From: Gemmata obscuriglobus
GTDB taxonomy: Bacteria; Planctomycetota; Planctomycetia; Gemmatales; Gemmataceae
NCBI RefSeq assembly: GCF_008065095.1
Contig: NZ_CP042911.1
Coordinates: forward strand, 8,820,001-8,852,000
Direction: 5' to 3'
Length of the DNA: 32,000 bases
The notes under the pieces were generated by a model. It had not been told where the DNA came from. It saw only the letters and a list, made by a program, of their open reading frames with translations, and searched no databases. A program made the position numbers and the translations under genes. Positions 26,129 through 32,000 of the stretch are shown here, piece by piece (the stretch's first letter is position 1; each line of letters begins with the position of its first letter).

Positions 26129-29100
26129 CTATTCTAGGGTGAAATCGGTCATCTGGTAGATAACCCGCCCGTCCACGGTCAGGAACCCGTTGGCGGTGAG
26201 CCGGTGATTATCGTCGTCCGCGGCGACGATTTCTAGCACAACCGTGACCTCGTGGTCCTTCGGCAGCACCTGCCCGCGGTACACCCACGTGTGCGGCACG
26301 TTTCGGGCCACCGTGTGCCACGGCTTCGCCGGCGCCCCCCACCGCTTCCACGCCGCGTACTTCAGCAACTGGAGGAACGACTCCAGCCCCAGCGACCCGG
26401 GCCACACCGGGTCCTGGTAGAAGTGCGCCTTGAAGAACCAGAACTCCGGATCGACCTTGATGGTCCCCACCAGGAGCCCGAGCCCCTTCGCGCCGCCGTC
26501 CGGGACGTACGCGGTGACCCGGTCCACCATGCGCAGCATCGCCCCGGGGAACGGCGGCTCGTGCGGGAGCGCGTCGCTCCTGGCTCGCACCAGCTCCTGC
26601 TCGTTGGGCCACGGCACCCGGGCTTCGCGGATGCCGACCTGGTTCGCCAGTGCCCCCTTCGTGAAGAACCCGAAGTAGGTGGTGCCCTTGTACATCGGCC
26701 CCTGAGCGTCCTCGACGAGCATGTCGTAGTGCTGAATGATCATGCCCGCAGAGTTCGACACGCCCGTCATCTTCACGGTGGTCGCGAGCGTCCCGGTGGC
26801 CGGCGTCACCGCGCGGAACTGGGTGCCCTTCCCGCCGAGGTTGCGGAAGCTCAGGTCGTCCTTGCTGGTGAGCGCCGACCCGCAGTACGCGGCGAGCCAC
26901 CCGCACGGCTGGAGGGCGATCTCCAACAGGACGCTGAACGGCATGTTCTCGCAGCGGTTCTCGCCGAAGTACCACTCGTCCGGCGGCACGGCGTAGAGGG
27001 CGGTGCAGCTCGCGCCGGCCTTCAGCACGAACGGCTCGCCGGACACGGCGGTCACGCAGTCGAGGAACTGGTACGGCGGCCCCGGCAGGCGAGCGAGCAC
27101 CCGCTCGGAGTCGAACACCTTGTAGGGCTCGCCGAACGCTTCGGACGGGTTGCCGTTCGAGTACGCCATGATTTTGGCGGAATCGTACAGCGGAGCGGCA
27201 GACAACCCACCCCCCGGCCCCCTCCCTGCAGGGAGGGGGAGAGAAGACACTTCCGAACCGGTTCGTGGACCGGATGGGGTTCGCACCGCGTCGGAACGCC
27301 CCGCTCCCTTCAAGGGAGTAGGTTCTGCCATCCCGGCCCAGATCACATTCAGCTTCTCGCGCGAGAGCCCCGACATGCGCAGCGTCATGTTGGTGATCTC
27401 GACGATCGGCTTGCCGTCCGCGTACATCAGCGCGTCGGCGACGCAGAACGGCTCCGGCCGGTAGCCCAGTTCCTTCACCGTCACCTCGTAGGTGACGGTC
27501 TTGGTCGTCGCGAGCACCTGCCCGCGGCACTTCAGCCGGCTGTTGACGCCCGGCAGCGGCTCGCACACCACGTCGTCGGCCTCGCCCACCCAGCCGAGGC
27601 GCATCAGCAGCACGCGGAGCGTGTGCAGGCAGCACTCGTACATGAGCGTCCCCGGCATCACTTGATCGTCCACGAAGTGACACGTCAGGAACCAGTCGTC
27701 CGGGTGAATGTCGAACTCGGCGCGCACGAAGCCGGTGCCGAACCGCCCGCCCGCGGGTTCGATCAGGGGCACACGGTCCACGAGCCGGAGCATCCCGCCG
27801 GGGATGGTGGCCGGTCGCGTCAGCCGCGCCCGGGCGAACGCCGGCCCGAACGCCCCCACGAGGTCGCCCCCGCGCAGGGCGTCCACCTGTTGCGCGGTCA
27901 GCGCGCACACCGTTTGGGGCACGAGGTCCGCCCAGTCGTCGGGCCTCTTGCCCGGGAACCGCTTCTTGTCGAGCGCGGTCTGAACGATCCCCTTACCGGC
28001 CGCGAGCGCATCCGCGGTGAAGAACCCGGCTACGCCGTTGCGCATCGTGATGAGGGGCTCGCCGTTGACCGTTCCGTCGAACCAGAAGTGGAACAGCCAG
28101 GAATCGCCCTGCTTCACGAACTTGTCGATGTGGATGTCGTAGGTCACCGTTTCGCCGACCTGCGGCAGCCCGCGGTGGAACGACACGACCGCGTCGAGCA
28201 GCCGGTACACGGCCAGCCCGCGGGTCTCGAAGTCGATGCCGAGGTACCCCGAGAGGAACAGGTCGGCCTGCCCCGCCTCGACGCAGATCGCGGTCGGGAT
28301 GCGGCCCGATTGCAGGTACCAGCGGTCCGCGCGGACGGTGTGGTGCGTCACCACGCGCCCGCTCGTCATCGACTTCGGCTCGCCCTCAATGAGGCTGATG
28401 CTGTCGACGAGTTGGAGCGGGCCGTCCGGCAACCGGACGCGGGTCGGGAAGGAATCGACCTCGGCGAACAGCGGCCCGAGCGCGTCGGCGATCTTGCCGG
28501 CCGCGTAGGTGCAGCACTGCTCGAAGGTCAGCGCGCGGGGCGGCTCCAGCGGGGACGCCGGAGGGGTCAGCCACACGAGCGACGAGACCGGTTCGCTCGC
28601 GCCCGCGCCTCCGCGCGTCCACGCATCGAGCAGCGAGGTTTGGAACCTCAGCACCCCGGCGGCAGACTCCATCAACTTGCCGCTGACACGCAGGAACGCC
28701 TCTTGCGCCTGCATGTTGAGCACCTGCACGTTTGCGACCGACTCAATGACCGGGGCAAGAGACGGCACCAGTTCCGGAGCGAGCACCGGAACGATGTGTG
28801 GGCTCGCCACCTCTTCGGGCTGAGCCGCCGGAGCGAGAGGTTGGCTCCGCAAGCGAACGTGAGGCTCGGGGGATGAACGAAGCGCCTCGGTGGGAGGAAC
28901 GTGTGGAGTCGGCTCCGGTGTGCCAGCGGCCACGACCGGCGCGACGCGCTCCTCCCCGTCCGTCTCGATCGGCACCGCGCTCGGCGCGGCTTCCCGCTTC
29001 GTGAGAGGTGTCAATACCACGGCCGGGGGCACCGGGCGCAACCCCACCGGCACCACAACCACGTTGCGCCGCGCCGGTTCGGGCTCCCGGTGCGCAACGC

Positions 29101-32000
29101 ACCGCGTTTCCGTACCGTACAGCGCGGCGAGATCGACCGGCAACCGCTCTGCCGCCAGGTGCGCCACGAGGCGAACGACCTGCGACACCGCGTCCGGCTT
29201 CGCGGCGTGGGCGGCCCGGGCCAGGTGCCGGCGGTCGCCCAGGATCGCCGAAATCATGCGGGTGCACGAGCCCCCCGGCCCCACTTCGACGAACGCGCGC
29301 ACCCCGTCGCGGTACGCCGCCTCGATCACCCGCGGCACGTCGATCAGCCCGACCAGCCCCGACGTGATCGAGTCCGCGCACGCCAGTTCGCCGGGCCGGT
29401 AGCTCTTGCCCCAGGCGCCGCTGTACACGGTCAGGGCGTGGGCCGGCGGCGTCACCGGCAGCATGTGCAGGTCGTGGTACGGCCCGAACACCGGCTTCCC
29501 GGCCTCGCAGTGCGCGAGCGTCACGCCCTCCAGAAGCATCACGGGCTTACCGACCGCCGCCGCGAGTTTCTCCACGTCGGCCCGCTTCCCACCGATCACG
29601 CACTCGCCCGGGGTGTTCACGATCAACAGGTACGCGAGCAGGCCCGGGCGCAGCGCCGCCGTCACGTCGTCGGCGCCGGCGGAAATCACGCCGCTGACCC
29701 AGTCCACCGGCTCACCGGCCGGAACGCCCCAGTACACCCGTGCGGAATCATACGGTGGGGCGAGGTCCGACGCGAACAGGGTCGAAACCTGCATCCGCCG
29801 GTACATTTCGTCGCGCTCGCGCCACAGACGCACCCCGAACAGGCCGGCCGACTCGCCGAGGCTCAGCCCGATCATCGCGTCGCAGCGGACGCCGAGCGCG
29901 GCCACAACGTCCGCCACCAGCGAGCCGACGGTCACCTGCCCGAACATCAGGTCTCGCGCCGGCGCGTCGCCCGCGCGCCCGTGCCAGAAGAACTGCGGGC
30001 TGAACTGGTCCCGCAGGCGCTGGTTCTCGGCGTCCTGTCGGCGCACCACTTCGGGCCACTGGGCGGCGAGGTCACGGCCCATGCCGTCGAACTGGTTCCC
30101 GGACCCGGGGAACACGAGCGCGACCTTCGCCCGCGTCCCGAGCGGCTTCGGGCTGTAGAACACGCGGTCCCGGAGCGCCTGGCGGGCCGTCGCCGGGAAG
30201 GGGCTGGCGGGGTCCGCGTGGAGCGACGATGCGGCGAACGAGATCTGTTCGGCGAGTTCCGCCCCTGAGCGCGCCGCGAACCCGACCGCCAGCTTCCGCC
30301 CGGCCCCCGGCGCCGCCCGGAACCACCCCCGGGCGACGGCCTCAACGTTGCGCCCGGCCCGGTCGTGCGCGAACGCCGACAGGGCCTCAATGCCCGCGAG
30401 CAGTTCGGCCGGCGTGTCGCCCTCGACCACGAACGCCGCTTCCGCCCGCGCGCCGAGCGGCTGCGCGAGTTCGGCCGGAACCCGCTGCGCGGGCTCCTCC
30501 AGCAGGAAAGCGAAGTGCGACCCGTCTGCGCCGGACGAGTGCACGCACGCGCGCCGCGGCCCGTCGGCCCGGTTCCGTAACCAGAACGTCGGCTCCTGGG
30601 GGCCGCGGGCGCCCCGGCCGCCGGGCGCCTCGATCAAAGAACCGGCCACGCCCCCCGGGAGCACTTCTTGATACAGCGCGACGCACGCCTCCAGAACCGC
30701 CACCGCCCCCGACGCGGCACCCGCCTCACCGACCCGCTCGGCCGTCCCCCCGAACACGACCGCCGACCCGAGCGGCAGCCCGGCATCGGCCGCGGCGCGA
30801 GATTGTGCGTCCCCCTCGGTCGATGCGACCCCAACTCCCTTAATAACGGCGTACACGCGGTCGCCGTCGCGCTCGGCGTCGGCGAGGCGTTTCAGCACGA
30901 GCGCGACCGCGCCGTCGGCCGGGAGCGACGCCTCGCCCGGGAGCACCAGCCGCGGGTCGCCGGCCAGGTCCACCCCGCCCACCAGAACGCGGTCCAACTC
31001 TCTGGCCTGGAGGGCACGAACCCCCAGTTCCAGCGCCCGAGCCCCGGAGCCCTCTTCGCTGCAAACCGTGTGGCTCGGCCCGCCGAAATGGAACGTCCGC
31101 GCGACGCGGCTCGCGGCGATGCTCCCGAGCGCGCCCATCGTCCGGTTCGCCGTCAGCGGCGGGGACGCTTCGTCGGGGCCGGCACCGCTCCCGATCGCGG
31201 CCCAGCGCAGGTGGAAGTTGGTGGTGTTCAGGTCCAACCCGAGCCCGACGAACACGCCGGTCGCGGGGTCACCGTCGGCGCGGGGGGCGTACCCCGCGTC
31301 GGCGAGCGCGTCCGCGGCCACGCGCAGCATCAGCAACTGCTGCGGCAGCGTCTCCTCCAGTTCCTTGGGCGGCACGCGGAACTTGTCGATGGGCAGCGCC
31401 AGCTCGTCGATGTAAAACCCGGGCGGGCACGGCTCGTCCGCCAGCGCCCAGCCGTTCAGTTTGATACCGGGCTCGGCCGTCCCCCCGCTGAACAACTGCT
31501 CTTGCAGCGCCCGGGCGTCGGCCCACGGCCCCACGTGCGCCGCCGCCCCCACCACCGCGACCGGCTCGCGGGGTTCGCTGGCGCGCGACCGGGCGGCCGC
31601 CTCGCGCGTTCCGACCGCGATGAGGCGCGGCGTTTTGCTCGCGCCCGAGCGCGGCGGCAGACCGGTCCACTCCTCGACGAGCAGGTGCGCGTTCACCCCG
31701 CCGAACCCGAACCCGCTCACCGCCGCCCGGCGCGGTTGGGTGGCGGACGAACGCCCCCAGCGCTCGGCGGCACGCAGCACCCGGAACGGCCCGCCGTCGT
31801 AGCTCAGCCCCGGCGCCGGGGTCGCGAAGTTCGCCTGCGGTGGGAGCTGCTCGTGCTTCATCGCGAGCAGCACTTTGGTCAGCGCCGCGGCGCCGGCCCC
31901 GGTGAGCAGGTGCCCCACCGTCGACTTCACCGAACCGATCACGCACTGCCCGGGCGCCCAGTCGGAACCGCCCCACAGTTCCCGCAGGCTGTCGAACTCG
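26129..32000 (-). CDS. PfaC/Pfa3-like polyunsaturated fatty acid synthase subunit: KS (C-terminal part visible), CLF, AT and two FabA-like DH domains; the 5' end lies beyond the window
   Basis: The frame stays open to base 32000 (..EFDSLRELWGGSDWAPGQC-VIGSVKSTVGHLLTGAGAA is the KS C-terminus). The CLF has no active-site Cys (GGPSHTVCSEEGSGARAL). The AT has FPGSGNQ and GLSLGE (29852-29869). The FabA-type DH motifs are CHFVDDQVMPG (His codon 27677-27679) and AHFYQDPVWPGSLGLE (His codon 26423-26425). Confidence 0.9.
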   Translation of the reverse strand, partial: EFDSLRELWGGSDWAPGQCVIGSVKSTVGHLLTGAGAAALTKVLLAMKHEQLPPQANFATPAPGLSYDGGPFRVLRAAERWGRSSATQPRRAAVSGFGFGGVNAHLLVEEWTGLPPRSGASKTPRLIAVGTREAAARSRASEPREPVAVVGAAAHVGPWADARALQEQLFSGGTAEPGIKLNGWALADEPCPPGFYIDELALPIDKFRVPPKELEETLPQQLLMLRVAADALADAGYAPRADGDPATGVFVGLGLDLNTTNFHLRWAAIGSGAGPDEASPPLTANRTMGALGSIAASRVARTFHFGGPSHTVCSEEGSGARALELGVRALQARELDRVLVGGVDLAGDPRLVLPGEASLPADGAVALVLKRLADAERDGDRVYAVIKGVGVASTEGDAQSRAAADAGLPLGSAVVFGGTAERVGEAGAASGAVAVLEACVALYQEVLPGGVAGSLIEAPGGRGARGPQEPTFWLRNRADGPRRACVHSSGADGSHFAFLLEEPAQRVPAELAQPLGARAEAAFVVEGDTPAELLAGIEALSAFAHDRAGRNVEAVARGWFRAAPGAGRKLAVGFAARSGAELAEQISFAASSLHADPASPFPATARQALRDRVFYSPKPLGTRAKVALVFPGSGNQFDGMGRDLAAQWPEVVRRQDAENQRLRDQFSPQFFWHGRAGDAPARDLMFGQVTVGSLVADVVAALGVRCDAMIGLSLGESAGLFGVRLWRERDEMYRRMQVSTLFASDLAPPYDSARVYWGVPAGEPVDWVSGVISAGADDVTAALRPGLLAYLLIVNTPGECVIGGKRADVEKLAAAVGKPVMLLEGVTLAHCEAGKPVFGPYHDLHMLPVTPPAHALTVYSGAWGKSYRPGELACADSITSGLVGLIDVPRVIEAAYRDGVRAFVEVGPGGSCTRMISAILGDRRHLARAAHAAKPDAVSQVVRLVAHLAAERLPVDLAALYGTETRCVAHREPEPARRNVVVVPVGLRPVPPAVVLTPLTKREAAPSAVPIETDGEERVAPVVAAGTPEPTPHVPPTEALRSSPEPHVRLRSQPLAPAAQPEEVASPHIVPVLAPELVPSLAPVIESVANVQVLNMQAQEAFLRVSGKLMESAAGVLRFQTSLLDAWTRGGAGASEPVSSLVWLTPPASPLEPPRALTFEQCCTYAAGKIADALGPLFAEVDSFPTRVRLPDGPLQLVDSISLIEGEPKSMTSGRVVTHHTVRADRWYLQSGRIPTAICVEAGQADLFLSGYLGIDFETRGLAVYRLLDAVVSFHRGLPQVGETVTYDIHIDKFVKQGDSWLFHFWFDGTVNGEPLITMRNGVAGFFTADALAAGKGIVQTALDKKRFPGKRPDDWADLVPQTVCALTAQQVDALRGGDLVGAFGPAFARARLTRPATIPGGMLRLVDRVPLIEPAGGRFGTGFVRAEFDIHPDDWFLTCHFVDDQVMPGTLMYECCLHTLRVLLMRLGWVGEADDVVCEPLPGVNSRLKCRGQVLATTKTVTYEVTVKELGYRPEPFCVADALMYADGKPIVEITNMTLRMSGLSREKLNVIWAGMAEPTPLKGAGRSDAVRTPSGPRTGSEVSSLPLPAGRGPGGGLSAAPLYDSAKIMAYSNGNPSEAFGEPYKVFDSERVLARLPGPPYQFLDCVTAVSGEPFVLKAGASCTALYAVPPDEWYFGENRCENMPFSVLLEIALQPCGWLAAYCGSALTSKDDLSFRNLGGKGTQFRAVTPATGTLATTVKMTGVSNSAGMIIQHYDMLVEDAQGPMYKGTTYFGFFTKGALANQVGIREARVPWPNEQELVRARSDALPHEPPFPGAMLRMVDRVTAYVPDGGAKGLGLLVGTIKVDPEFWFFKAHFYQDPVWPGSLGLESFLQLLKYAAWKRWGAPAKPWHTVARNVPHTWVYRGQVLPKDHEVTVVLEIVAADDDNHRLTANGFLTVDGRVIYQMTDFTLE
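27201..27325. repeat. Hairpin-pair element in frame in the linker between the two DH regions of the PfaC-like gene; related to the rnr element
   Basis: It contains the perfect 22-bp palindrome ccccctccctgcagggaggggg (27218-27239). It also contains the 12-bp palindrome cgaaccggttcg (27254-27265) and the hairpin ctcccttcaagggag near 27304-27318. The ends resemble the rnr element arms. It encodes EPTPLKGAGRS...SSLPLPAGRGPGGG. Boundaries are approximate. Confidence 0.6.

Noticed and set aside
24751-30268. Large plus-strand ORFs over the ole/pfa region (24751..25968, 26252..28876, 28901..30268).
   Set aside because: These are the same GC-driven artefact. The minus strand encodes OleA and the PfaC-like synthase with clear catalytic motifs throughout.

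Overview
This is a visibly GC-rich bacterial chromosome segment. All homology calls come from motif recognition by eye, with no searches run.

The gene content suggests a planctomycete of Gemmataceae type, which is an inference. Supporting genes are an ECF sigma factor, a Ser/Thr-kinase fragment, a WD40 protein, a secreted prenyltransferase/squalene-oxidase-repeat protein and linked pfa+ole lipid genes.

**Layout**
- **1-3.5 kb:** the 5' end of cstA, then a graveyard of four decayed insertion sequences (IS1595, IS3, ISAs1, IS4 families) and a 253-bp AT-rich MITE-like element.
- **3.5-11.5 kb:** housekeeping genes, namely pyrF, an alpha/beta hydrolase, RNase R, a YhaM-like HD exoribonuclease, panB, a WD40 protein and a TetR regulator.
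- **11.7-20.8 kb:** an ECF sigma factor with a clean terminator, a secreted alpha/alpha-toroid repeat protein, hypothetical membrane proteins, a collision of two truncated genes (SDR and Ser/Thr kinase), a long coiled-coil protein, trxA, tRNA-Glu(UUC) and a two-gene membrane/unknown pair.
- **20.9-32 kb:** one minus-strand gene train. A PfaC/Pfa3-like PUFA-synthase subunit (KS C-terminus, CLF, AT, DH, DH; its 5' end lies beyond the window) is followed 46 bp later by oleA, oleB, oleC and oleD.

**Most unusual observation**
Stop-codon-free palindromic DNA elements sit in frame inside three conserved enzymes (RNase R, OleC and the PfaC-like synthase). Related or analogous hairpin elements lie in intergenic DNA. 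The pattern resembles the Rickettsia palindromic elements that insert into coding sequence.
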